Assembly (NCBI GenBank): GCA_050115495.1
Contig: JASFQK010000013.1
Location: 64,001-128,000 of the forward strand
Direction of reading: 5' to 3'
From: Phycisphaerae bacterium
Lineage (GTDB): Bacteria > Planctomycetota > Phycisphaerae > UBA1845 > Fen-1342
Length of the DNA stretch: 64,000 nucleotides
Both the position numbers and the translations under genes were made by a program. Under the pieces are notes generated by a model. That model saw nothing but the letters and a program-made list of their open reading frames with translations. It did not search any database and had not been told where the DNA came from. How positions within the stretch are numbered: the first letter of the stretch is position 1; each line of letters begins with the position of its first letter. Positions 38,035 to 49,578 of this stretch are shown here, piece after piece.

Positions 38035-38565
38035 TTACTTCGCCGCCTTGGCCTTCGGCGGGCGGACAACCGCGTAGGGGTTCCCCAGCAGGACAACGGC
38101 GACGAAGACCAGACCGCCGCCGATGAAGAGCAGGAATGGGCGTGTCTGGGGACGGACGAATATGCCGGTGAGCGGATAGCGGATGAGGAGCTTCTCGATC
38201 AGCGCGGACAGCTCGGGGGCCAGTTCATCCTGAAGGATGGCCGACTCGGGCTCAGCCGGGGCGGTCGTGGGCAGGGCGCCGGGCTCGACGGGGATGTGCT
38301 CGACGCCGGGTGTTTCGATGTTCAACTGCTCGCGGGCCAGGCGGAGGACGTAGGCGTCGTCGGTCGCCAGGTGCTCGCGCTGGGCCCGCAGGCGGTCGAA
38401 CTGCTCCTGTTTCTCGGCGTACTGCTGCTGGTAGAAGGCCTTGATTTCGAGCGAGGCACGGTATTCGAGCCACGCCGGCAGGATCAGCGCCGGCACCAGG
38501 ATGGCGCCGCCGAGCAGCACCATGAACCAGTACAGGTAGTGGGCCAGCCGGGCTGACGGTGACAT
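38035..38565 (-). CDS. FtsB/DivIC-like protein with extra C-terminal TM helix
   Basis: TM + coiled coil + D..YV.RLARE.L..PGVE; directly downstream of eno. Confidence 0.65.
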   Translation of the reverse strand: MSPSARLAHYLYWFMVLLGGAILVPALILPAWLEYRASLEIKAFYQQQYAEKQEQFDRLRAQREHLATDDAYVLRLAREQLNIETPGVEHIPVEPGALPTTAPAEPESAILQDELAPELSALIEKLLIRYPLTGIFVRPQTRPFLLFIGGGLVFVAVVLLGNPYAVVRPPKAKAAK

Positions 38566-38599
38566 CCGTGTCTTCTCCGGCCGCGGCGGCGGCCAGCGC

Positions 38600-40323
<1,724 letters not shown>

Positions 40324-40647
40324 CGGCGACGAACACTCCTCAGCGGCGCGGTTCCACCCCGCCGCATTGAGGCGCAATTGTACCGTGGTCCGCAAGGATG
40401 CGAACCCGCCGGCCTGCCCCGCCCGCCAATATGGCAGTCCGCAGGCAACGGACGGCCGCGGGCGGCGGCAGGACCGGTCCATAATGAATAGAATCTCCAA
40501 GGATTTGCGGCGATCGGGCGATGCAGGCCGGCGGCAACGTGCTCTGGCGCCGAGCTTGCTACCTCCCGGATCAGGCGGGCGGCGATAACACGCCGCCCGA
40601 TTTATCGAGCCTCAATGTCCGCCATTCGGCGGCGATTGGAGTGAATC

Positions 40648-41508
40648 ATGCGGTGGATGAACAACGCGAAAACGGCAGCGCTCCTCGGCGGGATGATGGC
40701 CCTCTTCATGGCCGCCGGCTACTTCATCTTCGGGCCGCAGGGCGTGCTGATCGGCTTCCTCTTCGGCGGCCTCGGCAACCTCGTAGCGTATTTCTACTCG
40801 GACAAACTGGCCCTGACAGCGATGCGGGCTCAGCCCGTGACGCGCAGCGACATCCCCTGGTTGTATGAAATGGTCGAACGGCTCGCCCTGCGGGCTGGCC
40901 TGCCGATGCCACGCGTCTACGTCTGCCCGCAGCCGGCACCGAACGCCTTCGCCACCGGCCGCAACCCGCAGCACTCGGCGGTCGCGGTCACCACCGGCCT
41001 GCTGCGGAACTTCCCCGCCCACGAGATCGAAGGCGTGCTCGCTCACGAACTGGCCCACGTACGCCATCGCGACGTGTTGATCAGCACCGTGGCGGCGACG
41101 CTCGCCGGCATCATCAGCTACGCCGGGTACGCCTTCATGTTCATGGGTGGACGCGGTCGGGATAACCCGTTCGGGGCGGTCGGCGCCCTGGCCATGATGA
41201 TCCTCGCCCCCATCGCCGCCATGCTGATTCAGGCCGCCATCTCGCGGCAGCGCGAATTCGCTGCGGACTCCTACGGCGGCGAGCTCTGCGGCGACCCGAA
41301 CAAGCTGGCGGCGGCGCTCGTCCGGCTGCAAACCGGCAACGAACGCATCCCCACCGACACGAACCCGGCGTTTCACAACATGTACATCATCGCCCCGCTG
41401 TCGGCCCGCGGCGCCAGCAAGCTGTTCGGCACGCACCCGCCGACGGAGGAGCGAATCGCCGCCCTGCGTCGCCAGGCGGCGAACCGGGCGGCCGCCTCAC
41501 ACGTATAG
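40648..41508 (+). CDS. htpX: Zinc metalloprotease HtpX
   Basis: PNAFATGRNP, HELAH, ISRQREFAAD, THPP..RI. Confidence 0.95.
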   Translation: MRWMNNAKTAALLGGMMALFMAAGYFIFGPQGVLIGFLFGGLGNLVAYFYSDKLALTAMRAQPVTRSDIPWLYEMVERLALRAGLPMPRVYVCPQPAPNAFATGRNPQHSAVAVTTGLLRNFPAHEIEGVLAHELAHVRHRDVLISTVAATLAGIISYAGYAFMFMGGRGRDNPFGAVGALAMMILAPIAAMLIQAAISRQREFAADSYGGELCGDPNKLAAALVRLQTGNERIPTDTNPAFHNMYIIAPLSARGASKLFGTHPPTEERIAALRRQAANRAAASHV

Positions 41509-41583
41509 AAACTTGGAGTGCCACTCGCTCCTGGCCGGCGAGGCGACCAGTTTCCTCCTGACTGGTCCCTCGCCGGTGTCTTT

Positions 41584-41669
41584 GTTGAGAAAGGGGACTG
41601 GCTCCGAGCTGAGGGAGCCACCCGAGTCCGGAGACAACATGGCGCGAGGTACCTGTCCCCTTTCTCAAC
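41584..41669. repeat. 86-bp MITE/REPIN-like element with perfect 15-bp terminal inverted repeats
   Basis: GTTGAGAAAGGGGAC...GTCCCCTTTCTCAAC. Confidence 0.8.
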
Positions 41670-41684
41670 CGACTGCCCGCGTGT

Positions 41685-42890
41685 TCAGATCGCCGCGGTC
41701 AGGCGTTGCAGGAGGGATACCACGAACAGCGCGGTGAAGTTCAGCGTGACGGCGTAGGCGATGGCTGCCTTCCACCAGATCGGCCGCACGCGCGGGGCTC
41801 CCAGGGCGATCAGCAACATCAGAATGGGCAGATAGTCGAGCGTGAAGCGCTGGGCGTTTGTCTGGGCGTAGCCGTTGTTGTAGTAGAACAGGCCGTTCAC
41901 GACCGCCAGCGTCACCGCCAGCCACGCCGCCCACAGCTTCGGCCGGTCCCAGCGAGCCAGGAACGCCAGGAAGATGAACGGGCTGGCAAACGTCACCGAC
42001 GTTCCAAGCGGGTCCATCTCCGCCACGCTCAGATACATCGGCGGCGCGAAGTCGATGCGGAAGCCCTGGAGCAGCAGGTGCACCAGGTTGAACGGCACGT
42101 ACGCCGGGTGGAACAGGCCGTAGCGATTGACGCGTTCCTGGAGAAAGCCCTCCAGCGGCATGAATGCGTAACCGGTTTCGAGCGGGTTACCGAAGCGAAC
42201 CCAGTTGAGGTACAGGTACACGCCCGCACACAGCGCCAGCGGCAGGGCAAAGCCGACGCCGTGCAGGATTTGCCGCGGCACGGACAAGTGCCGGCGATGC
42301 TGCCACAACAGCACGGCCGGGAAGATCGCCGCGTACACGCACAGATGTCGCGACAGGAATGCCAACCCGCAGCACAGGCCGACCAGCGGCGTGCGGGCCC
42401 GGCCCATCGCCTCGCGGATCGCCAGCAGCAGGCATGCGACGGCGACCATATGTGCGAAATGCCATGACTCGTACGCCCGGAACAGGGACGTCGTGTACGC
42501 CGTTCCCAGGAAGAAGCCGGCGAGTAGCCACACCCGCAGTTCGGGATCGACCTCCATCTTGCGCAGGATGCTGCGCAGCACGAGGAAGCTGAGGAGCGTC
42601 AGCAGCAGGCTGACGACGGTCGTGCGGGCCTCGTCGCCGAAGATGGCCACCAGCGGCGTGATCAGGACGGCAGGGAAGGGAGGGAAGACGACGTAGTGCT
42701 TGCCGTTGAAGGTGGCGACGTCGCCGAAGGGCTCGTCAATATCGAGCCGGCCGTGGAGAAACGCGCGAGCCAGGTGGACGTAGTGTTTGTGCTCGCCGGT
42801 GGGGGCCCAGAGCCGCGGCCAGACGTCCCATCCGACGGCGAGCAGCAGGGCGATGATGATGACCGTGCGGCCGTAACGAGCCACGAGCAA
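41685..42890 (-). CDS. Polytopic membrane protein, probable GT-C-fold glycosyltransferase
   Basis: Many TM helices; YVVFPPFPAVL, NWVRFGNPLETGY, RFTLD. Confidence 0.7.
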   Translation of the reverse strand: MLVARYGRTVIIIALLLAVGWDVWPRLWAPTGEHKHYVHLARAFLHGRLDIDEPFGDVATFNGKHYVVFPPFPAVLITPLVAIFGDEARTTVVSLLLTLLSFLVLRSILRKMEVDPELRVWLLAGFFLGTAYTTSLFRAYESWHFAHMVAVACLLLAIREAMGRARTPLVGLCCGLAFLSRHLCVYAAIFPAVLLWQHRRHLSVPRQILHGVGFALPLALCAGVYLYLNWVRFGNPLETGYAFMPLEGFLQERVNRYGLFHPAYVPFNLVHLLLQGFRIDFAPPMYLSVAEMDPLGTSVTFASPFIFLAFLARWDRPKLWAAWLAVTLAVVNGLFYYNNGYAQTNAQRFTLDYLPILMLLIALGAPRVRPIWWKAAIAYAVTLNFTALFVVSLLQRLTAAI

Positions 42891-42896
42891 TCCTCA

Positions 42897-43345
42897 CGTA
42901 GCGGCCGGGCTCCGCACCGGACGTCTTCGCACCGTCCGACCTTCGTGTCGGCCGTCGATCACCAACCGGGCGCCGCCCGCGCGTAGCGTCGGCCCCCCGT
43001 GGCCGACGTCGATCACCGACAACCGTCCGTCCTCGCAATCTCCGTAGCGGCCGACCTCCGTGTCGGCCGTCGATCGCCGACAAACGCACATCTCCGCGGC
43101 GAATCGCCAGCACTGCTCAAGAGCAGTGGCACACCGGGGCGTTGCGCGGAAAGCGTACCATCATGCACCGGTTCGGGCTATGCGGGGAAGGCGGACGGAG
43201 CGATCGGCACTGGTGGACAAGCCACCTGTGGCACCCGCGTGCTGCTCCCAAATAGCTGTGTGGCATGCCCAAGTCGTGGGCGCGGGCATGAGGACCTTCA
43301 CGCCCGCGCTGCGCTTGGACATGCCACACAGGAAGGGGCATGCCA
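42897..43345. repeat. REP-like hairpin cluster
   Basis: GTAGCGGCCGGGCTCCGCACCGG, GTAGCGTCGGCCCCCCGTGGCCGACG, GTGGCATGCCCAAG...CTTGGACATGCCAC. Confidence 0.8.
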
Positions 43346-43363
43346 CAGAGGATCCGCCGTCAG

Positions 43364-43978
43364 CTAGCCGCCGACGCGCGGGGCCTGGATGTTGTCGGCC
43401 CGCTCGGTCTCGTCCGGGGCGTACGTCTTGATGAGCTCGGCCGCCTCCCGGCGCAGGGCCTCGTAATCGGCGAGCTTCAGCGTCTTCCCGCCGGCGGTGA
43501 CGGCCTTGCGCACGTTCTCCGTCGGGACCGGCGTGATGCTGGCGGCTACGGCCTGCTGCGTCTGCTGCCGGATCTTCTCCGCGGTGACGCGTTCGGGCAG
43601 GTCAGGATCGCCGAACCAGGCCAGGGCTTTCTCGAGATCGACCTCGCCGGGGACGATGGCCACGACGTGGCCGGACACGTAGCCGACGTTGACGCGTTCG
43701 GCGGTTTGGTCGCCGACGTAGAGCACAGGTTCGGCCGTCTGGCGCGGGTAGACGAGGTCGGGGTTGACCTTGAGCACGAGGAGCAGGCCGCTGTCTACCT
43801 TAGGCTGCTCGGCGCGCCAGGTGCTGGCGTAGGCCTTCTCCAGCGTAAACGGCTGAACGTAGAGGATGTCATCGACGGACGCCGGAGTGGCGGGCACCGG
43901 CGGCGCGCCGGCCGAAGCGATGAGCACGGACATGGTGGCCAGCAGGCCGGCCAGGGTCAGTTGCTTGGTCTTGGTCAT
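43364..43978 (-). CDS. Secreted hypothetical protein
   Basis: Signal peptide; GAAAGGA RBS; co-oriented with the upstream hydrolase. Confidence 0.8.
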   Translation of the reverse strand: MTKTKQLTLAGLLATMSVLIASAGAPPVPATPASVDDILYVQPFTLEKAYASTWRAEQPKVDSGLLLVLKVNPDLVYPRQTAEPVLYVGDQTAERVNVGYVSGHVVAIVPGEVDLEKALAWFGDPDLPERVTAEKIRQQTQQAVAASITPVPTENVRKAVTAGGKTLKLADYEALRREAAELIKTYAPDETERADNIQAPRVGG

Positions 43979-44023
43979 GGGTCGATATCCTTTCGCATCT
44001 CGCGTGATGGCTCAGATTCCCGG

Positions 44024-47000
44024 CTAGTCGCAGCCGAACGAGGACAGGCGCACATCGTCGATGTTCCAGCCGCAGTATTGCCAACTCGTGTCCGTGGTCC
44101 CCATGGTCCAGCGGATGTACACGGTGGCTTGGTTGGCGGCGATGCTGGAAATGTCGAACTCCTGGTAGTTCCACGACGAGTCGGTGATCTCCGCGGCGTT
44201 CGTCCAGACGGTGGTCCAACTGCTACCGTTCGTGCTGACGCGGACGTACGCGTGGTCATACCGCGGCTGCTCGACGCCCAGCCAGCGATAGAAGGACAGG
44301 TGGACGTTGTCGTAACCGGTGCAGTTGATGGCTGGCGTGGTCAGGTGGCGTTCGGGAAGGTTGTTCTCGTAGTCGCCACTGAGGTTGTAGCCGTAAACAT
44401 TCGGGCCGGTGAAGCCGCTGGTGGGATCGTTTTCGCCGTACTGCCCGCCGCCGCCGGTCGGCTGACCGTAGGCCCAGAGCCCCTGCGTGGTCCAGCCGGG
44501 GTCGCTGTCCATGGTCTCGACGATGAAGTCGGTGAACGTGCCGACCATGGGGCCGTAGACATACGCCGGCGCCCCGGGCGGGTCGGTGATGAGGCCGCTC
44601 TCCGAGCCCTCGGCGGAGACGTAGAACTCGGGCGTTTCGCTGCACGTCGCACCGGGCAGCTCCTGCTCGAACACATCGTCGCCGACCGCGTTGAGCGGCA
44701 GCGTGAGGAAGGCGTTGCCGTCATAGCGGTAGTGCAGCAGGGCCGTGCCGGGCACGTAGGTCTCGTTGGCGGCGGCGATGCGCACCTGGAGCGTATAGGG
44801 TGTATTGGGCGGCAGGTACTGCGGGGCGTTGAGCACGCGGACGGTGAGGCCGCCGGGCCCACGGTCCTTGCTGAGCTGCAAGTCGTCGAGGGCGACGCGG
44901 CCGCGGCTGGAGCCGTAGCTCGAGCCGAAGTCGAAGCGGACGTGCTGGACGTCGGTGAGGTCGAGGGCCGCGCCGTTGTGCAGGAAGTCGGTCAGCCGGA
45001 TGCGGATGGTCTCGAACTCGTTCTGCCAGCCGGCGCCGCTGCCGTCACCGGTGCGCTGATAGGGCTCTTCGATGCCGCCGCCATAGGCGCCGATATTGAT
45101 ACTGCTGCTGTAGCCGTCGCCGTCTTCGAGGGCCACCGTGAAGGTCAGGTCGCCGAGCTCGGCGACGGTTTGAGTGTGGCGCGTGCCCTGGCAGGCGCGG
45201 AAGGAGAGGAAGGCGTAGTCGGAGAAGTCGTTGGCCCCGGGGACGACGGTGAAGTCGAGATAGCGGTCCGCCGTCGTGGTCCAGTCGAAGACGAGACCCG
45301 CGGTCGTGTCCGTGGTACGGGCCCGCGTCATGCCGTTCATCGGATCGTCGGTGGACCAGGTGAACGAGCCGTCGACGTCGTTCATCAGGCCTTCCCACGG
45401 GTTCTGCACGTTGTAGGCCACCGCGCCGCCGGAGCTGCTGATCGTCAGCGACGGCTCCGACTGAAAGTCGTCGATCACGAAGCCGCCGGCGGCCGCCGGT
45501 TCCTTGTACTCGCGATCGATGGTGTCGCTGGCGGCGACGCCGATGGGCTTGAGCGCCTCGTTCTGCCGCCAGAGGAAATCCTTGGCGGGGATGTTGGCTT
45601 CGACGTAGTGCTGGATGAGGGCCAGGTAGGCACCCTTGGCGACCTGCTGCGCCTCGGGGCGGCCGATGGCCGTGCCGGGCGGTCCCTCGAAGTCGTTGAC
45701 GCCGCAGCAGTTGAAGTCATTGTGGTCGGCGCCGTGCACGTAGGTCACCTGGCGGAAGCCGGTGGCCCGCTCGTACACGTTGAACGAGTCGGCGATGTCG
45801 TTGTCGGGATAGCCGCCGACGTCGCCGTCCGCCGCACCGTAGATCAGGTGGTAAGGCACGCCGTGCGGGTCGGCGTTGCCCGTGCCGAGGAAGTCGGTCG
45901 GAGCGATGCTGCTGACCAGCACGATGTCATCGAGCGTGAAGTAGGAGGGCGTGTACGTGCCGTCATAGACGCGGTCGTAGGCCCGGGCGACGCCCTCGCC
46001 ACCGCGGCTGTGGCCGATCCAGACGATGCGGGTGGTGTCGATGTGGCCGTCGAAGATGCCGCCGTTGATCGTGTCCAGGTGGTCGAGGAAGTAGTCGGTG
46101 TTGGTCAGCGTGGTCGTCGAGGCCGACTCGATGCCCGGCTGCGTGTTGTTCTGGTGGCTCATGACCACGTAGCCGTAGGAGGCCAGGTGCGACTGGAGAT
46201 AGTCGTACCACGTGTAGTCGTGGCCGTTGCCGTGGCTGATGACGATCAGCGGAAGCTGGCCGAGCGAGGCGATGGCCGTCGGGTACCAGGTGCGCTGGCC
46301 GAGCCACGAGCCGCCGCTGTACGTGATGGACGTCGTGGCCAGCGGGCCGGCCTGCGTGAGGTCGTGCACGACGTAGAACCCGGCGGCGGAGCTGCGGCCG
46401 TCGATGTAGTCGCCGCCGCTGAGCACGCCGTCCTGGTCGCAGTCGAGCACCACGTCATAGCTGACGCCCAGGCCGGTGCCGGCGTCGGCGTCCAGCGTGC
46501 CCGTATCGAGCACGATCGTGTTGTCCTGGATCGTCGTGCCGCCGAACGCCACGGTCTGCGGTCCGCCCGTCCGCACGTCGACCAGCGCCGGATCAGTCTG
46601 CCAGTCCGCGGCCGTCTTGCTGGCCACCACGTACACGTCGGCCGTCGTGCCGATGATGTCCGGGTACATGGTCGGATCGATGGCCATCTCGACCGACTTG
46701 CCGGCGTTGAACGCACTCACGTACGTGAAGTACGGGTACGCCGCCAGCGAGTTGCCCGCCAGCTCCACGTCGTGCACCGGCCCGCCGTTCAGCAGCAACT
46801 GCACGAACGGGCTGATGTCGAAGTTATCGACCGCGCCGTCGCCGTTCACGTCGGCGTGCATGTGGTCGCAATCAGGATAGAGGGCGTAGTATTCGAGGTA
46901 GTCCGGTGGGGTGGCGGTCAGGGCGAGCACGAATGGGCTGATGTCGAAGTTATCGACCGCCCCGTCACAATTGAGATCGCCGGTCAGCGCCATGGTCGGT

Positions 47001-47062
47001 CCGGACAGTGCCGGCAACACAACCAGGGCCGCCAACGTCATAAAAACGCGGGCCTTGCGCAT
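44024..47062 (-). CDS. Secreted multidomain alpha/beta hydrolase with N-terminal dockerin-like domain
   Basis: [18 protein letters not shown] x2; LIVISHG; GHSRGG nucleophile; GADHN; C-terminal beta-sandwich ending GWNIDDV. Confidence 0.85.
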   Translation of the reverse strand: MRKARVFMTLAALVVLPALSGPTMALTGDLNCDGAVDNFDISPFVLALTATPPDYLEYYALYPDCDHMHADVNGDGAVDNFDISPFVQLLLNGGPVHDVELAGNSLAAYPYFTYVSAFNAGKSVEMAIDPTMYPDIIGTTADVYVVASKTAADWQTDPALVDVRTGGPQTVAFGGTTIQDNTIVLDTGTLDADAGTGLGVSYDVVLDCDQDGVLSGGDYIDGRSSAAGFYVVHDLTQAGPLATTSITYSGGSWLGQRTWYPTAIASLGQLPLIVISHGNGHDYTWYDYLQSHLASYGYVVMSHQNNTQPGIESASTTTLTNTDYFLDHLDTINGGIFDGHIDTTRIVWIGHSRGGEGVARAYDRVYDGTYTPSYFTLDDIVLVSSIAPTDFLGTGNADPHGVPYHLIYGAADGDVGGYPDNDIADSFNVYERATGFRQVTYVHGADHNDFNCCGVNDFEGPPGTAIGRPEAQQVAKGAYLALIQHYVEANIPAKDFLWRQNEALKPIGVAASDTIDREYKEPAAAGGFVIDDFQSEPSLTISSSGGAVAYNVQNPWEGLMNDVDGSFTWSTDDPMNGMTRARTTDTTAGLVFDWTTTADRYLDFTVVPGANDFSDYAFLSFRACQGTRHTQTVAELGDLTFTVALEDGDGYSSSINIGAYGGGIEEPYQRTGDGSGAGWQNEFETIRIRLTDFLHNGAALDLTDVQHVRFDFGSSYGSSRGRVALDDLQLSKDRGPGGLTVRVLNAPQYLPPNTPYTLQVRIAAANETYVPGTALLHYRYDGNAFLTLPLNAVGDDVFEQELPGATCSETPEFYVSAEGSESGLITDPPGAPAYVYGPMVGTFTDFIVETMDSDPGWTTQGLWAYGQPTGGGGQYGENDPTSGFTGPNVYGYNLSGDYENNLPERHLTTPAINCTGYDNVHLSFYRWLGVEQPRYDHAYVRVSTNGSSWTTVWTNAAEITDSSWNYQEFDISSIAANQATVYIRWTMGTTDTSWQYCGWNIDDVRLSSFGCD

Positions 47063-47307
47063 GTATTCACCTTTCTCCTGGGAAGCTTCTTCGTGGGCGG
47101 GATCCCGGCCCAGCGCTGTGCCGGTGGACCACACCTCCATGTTCCTACTCTAGCGGGGTGGGCAAGGCCGTCAAAGGACAATCACCAGCGGGCTGTCCCC
47201 GTGCCAGACCACGCCGCCGGACCCCCGGCATCTGTGCTCCGCCACGCAGTCTTTTGTTGCCGATGAGTTTGTAGCTGAGTATTATCCAAGGTCTGGGGAC
47301 GGGGGGC

Positions 47308-49575
47308 GTGGCTTATCTCAGGAGACGGCTCATTCGAACGCGGGTGTCGGAACTTGTGAGCAGAGGGGGATCGTCGGGTCGAGGCAGGTCCAGGGCGGGC
47401 CGGCATGGCTGGTGTCTACTGGCCGTCGGCGTGGCCTTGCTGTGTTTCCCGGAGCCAGCACAAGCTTATATCGGACCTGGAGCCGGCTTCGCCGTCGGCA
47501 CCACCCTCGTCACCCTCTTCTTCGCCGTCATCTCCGCCATCGGCGCTCTCTTTGTCTGGCCCTTCCGCTGGGTCTTCCGCGTGATTCGGCGAACGCGGGC
47601 GCACGCCAAGGCCCGCGTGCGGCGATTCGTCATTCTGGGCCTTGACGGTCTCGAACCCTCACTCGTCGAACGCTTCATGGCCGAAGGCAAGCTGCCGAAC
47701 TTCGCCAAGCTGAAAGAGCAGGGGTCGTTCATGCGGCTCGGCACGACCGCGCCGCCACTGTCGCCCGTGGCCTGGTCCTCGTTCCTGACGAGCTGCAACC
47801 CGGGCAAACACAACATCTTCGACTTTCTGACCCGCGATACGCACAACTACCTGCCACTGCTCTCCTCCGTTCGCATCAGCGGCCCTCAGCGGACGATGAA
47901 GGTCGGTCCGTACCGCATCCCCCTCGGCAAGCCCGACATCCGCCTGCTCCGCAAAGGCAAGCCCTTCTGGAACACCCTCGGCGAGCACGGCGTCTTCAGC
48001 AACATCCTGCGCGTCCCCATCACCTTCCCGCCCGAGAAGTTCCGCGGCGTGCTCCTGTCGGCCATGTGCGTGCCGGATTTGCGCGGCAGCCAGGGTACCT
48101 TCTCGTACTACTCGACCGCGTCCAGCGTCGAAGAGGAGTACATCGGCGGCGAGCAGATCCGCGTGCAGCGCGACGGCGACGTCGTCCGCTCGCACCTTGT
48201 CGGCCCGGAGAACACGTTCAAGGACAAGGCCGGCGCGATGCGCTGCCCGTTCGAGGTGCGCATCACCGGCCACGGCACCGCCGTCCTCAAGGTCTCCGGC
48301 GAGACCGTTCCACTGAAGCTCGGCGAGTACACCCCGTGGGTCAAGGTGACGTTCCGCCCCGGCCTCGGCGTGAAGGTGCGCGGCATCTGCGAGTTCCTCC
48401 TGCTCGAAATCGAGCCCGAGTTTCGCCTGTACGTCACGCCCATTCAGATCGACCCCAACAATCCGGCGATGCCCATCTCGCAGCCGACCGTCTTCGCCAC
48501 GTACCTCAGCAAGCTGCTGGGCACGTACGCGACGCTCGGGTTGGCGGAGGATACCTGGGGGCTGAACGCTCGCGTTCTCGACGATGAGGCTTTCTTGCAC
48601 CAGTGTCTCGAAACGGACGGCGAGCGCGAGAAGATGTTCCTCGACGCCCTGGAGAAGACGCGGCACGGTCTGTGCGTGTGCGTCTTCGACGGCCCCGACC
48701 GCATCCAGCACATGTTCTGGCGTTACCTCGACGAGCAGCACCCCGCCCGCCACGGCCAGGGCGGCCGCGAGCGCCGCAACGCCATCGAGGAGATGTACGT
48801 CCGCATGGACCGCCTCGTTGGCGAGACCATGCGCCGCTGCAACGATCGCCACACCGTGCTGGCCGTCATCTCCGACCACGGCTTCAGCCCCTTCCGCCGC
48901 GGCATCGACCTCAACCGCTGGCTCGAAGAGAACGGCTACCTCAAGCTCAAAGAGGGCGGCCGCGGGCAGAAGTATCTCGCTGGCGTCGACTGGTCCCAGA
49001 CGAAGGCCTACTGCCTCGGCCTGGCCGGCATCTGGCTCAACGTGCGCGGCCGTGAGGCCCAGGGCATCGTCGAGCCCACCGACGCCGCGGCCTTGCGTCA
49101 GGAGATCATCGGCAAGCTCGGCGGCCTGCGCGACGAGCAGGCCGGCGAAGTCGCCATCACCCGCGTGTTCGACGCCCACCAGATCTACCGCGGCCCCTAC
49201 AGCCAGGCGGCCCCGGACCTGATCATCGGCTACAACCGCGGTTATCGCGTCTGCTGGGAGGCCGCCATCGGCCAGCCCACCGACACGCTGTTCCACGACA
49301 ACACCAAGGCCTGGAGCGGCGACCACTGCATCGATCCCAAGCTCGTGCCGGGAATCTTCTTCTGCAACCGGCGCATCGGCACCGAACAGCCGCACCTGAC
49401 CGACCTCGGCGCGACGGTGCTCGACATGTTCGGCGTGCGCACCCCGTCGCACATGGACGGGCGGCCACTGAAGGTGGCCAACGCGGATGGAACCTTCCCC
49501 AATGGGCATCAGGCGGGGCGAGCCAAACGCAGCGCGGCACCACAACCAACGGTCGCCGCCGGAAAGGAGCGCTGA
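47308..49575 (+). CDS. Alkaline phosphatase superfamily (phosphodiesterase/NPP-like) protein, membrane-anchored (start uncertain)
   Basis: ILGLDG, PPLSPVAWSSF.T..NPGKH.IFDF, SDHGF, SGDH; N-terminal AYIGPGAG + TM. Confidence 0.9.
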   Translation: MAYLRRRLIRTRVSELVSRGGSSGRGRSRAGRHGWCLLAVGVALLCFPEPAQAYIGPGAGFAVGTTLVTLFFAVISAIGALFVWPFRWVFRVIRRTRAHAKARVRRFVILGLDGLEPSLVERFMAEGKLPNFAKLKEQGSFMRLGTTAPPLSPVAWSSFLTSCNPGKHNIFDFLTRDTHNYLPLLSSVRISGPQRTMKVGPYRIPLGKPDIRLLRKGKPFWNTLGEHGVFSNILRVPITFPPEKFRGVLLSAMCVPDLRGSQGTFSYYSTASSVEEEYIGGEQIRVQRDGDVVRSHLVGPENTFKDKAGAMRCPFEVRITGHGTAVLKVSGETVPLKLGEYTPWVKVTFRPGLGVKVRGICEFLLLEIEPEFRLYVTPIQIDPNNPAMPISQPTVFATYLSKLLGTYATLGLAEDTWGLNARVLDDEAFLHQCLETDGEREKMFLDALEKTRHGLCVCVFDGPDRIQHMFWRYLDEQHPARHGQGGRERRNAIEEMYVRMDRLVGETMRRCNDRHTVLAVISDHGFSPFRRGIDLNRWLEENGYLKLKEGGRGQKYLAGVDWSQTKAYCLGLAGIWLNVRGREAQGIVEPTDAAALRQEIIGKLGGLRDEQAGEVAITRVFDAHQIYRGPYSQAAPDLIIGYNRGYRVCWEAAIGQPTDTLFHDNTKAWSGDHCIDPKLVPGIFFCNRRIGTEQPHLTDLGATVLDMFGVRTPSHMDGRPLKVANADGTFPNGHQAGRAKRSAAPQPTVAAGKER

Positions 49576-49578
49576 GCC

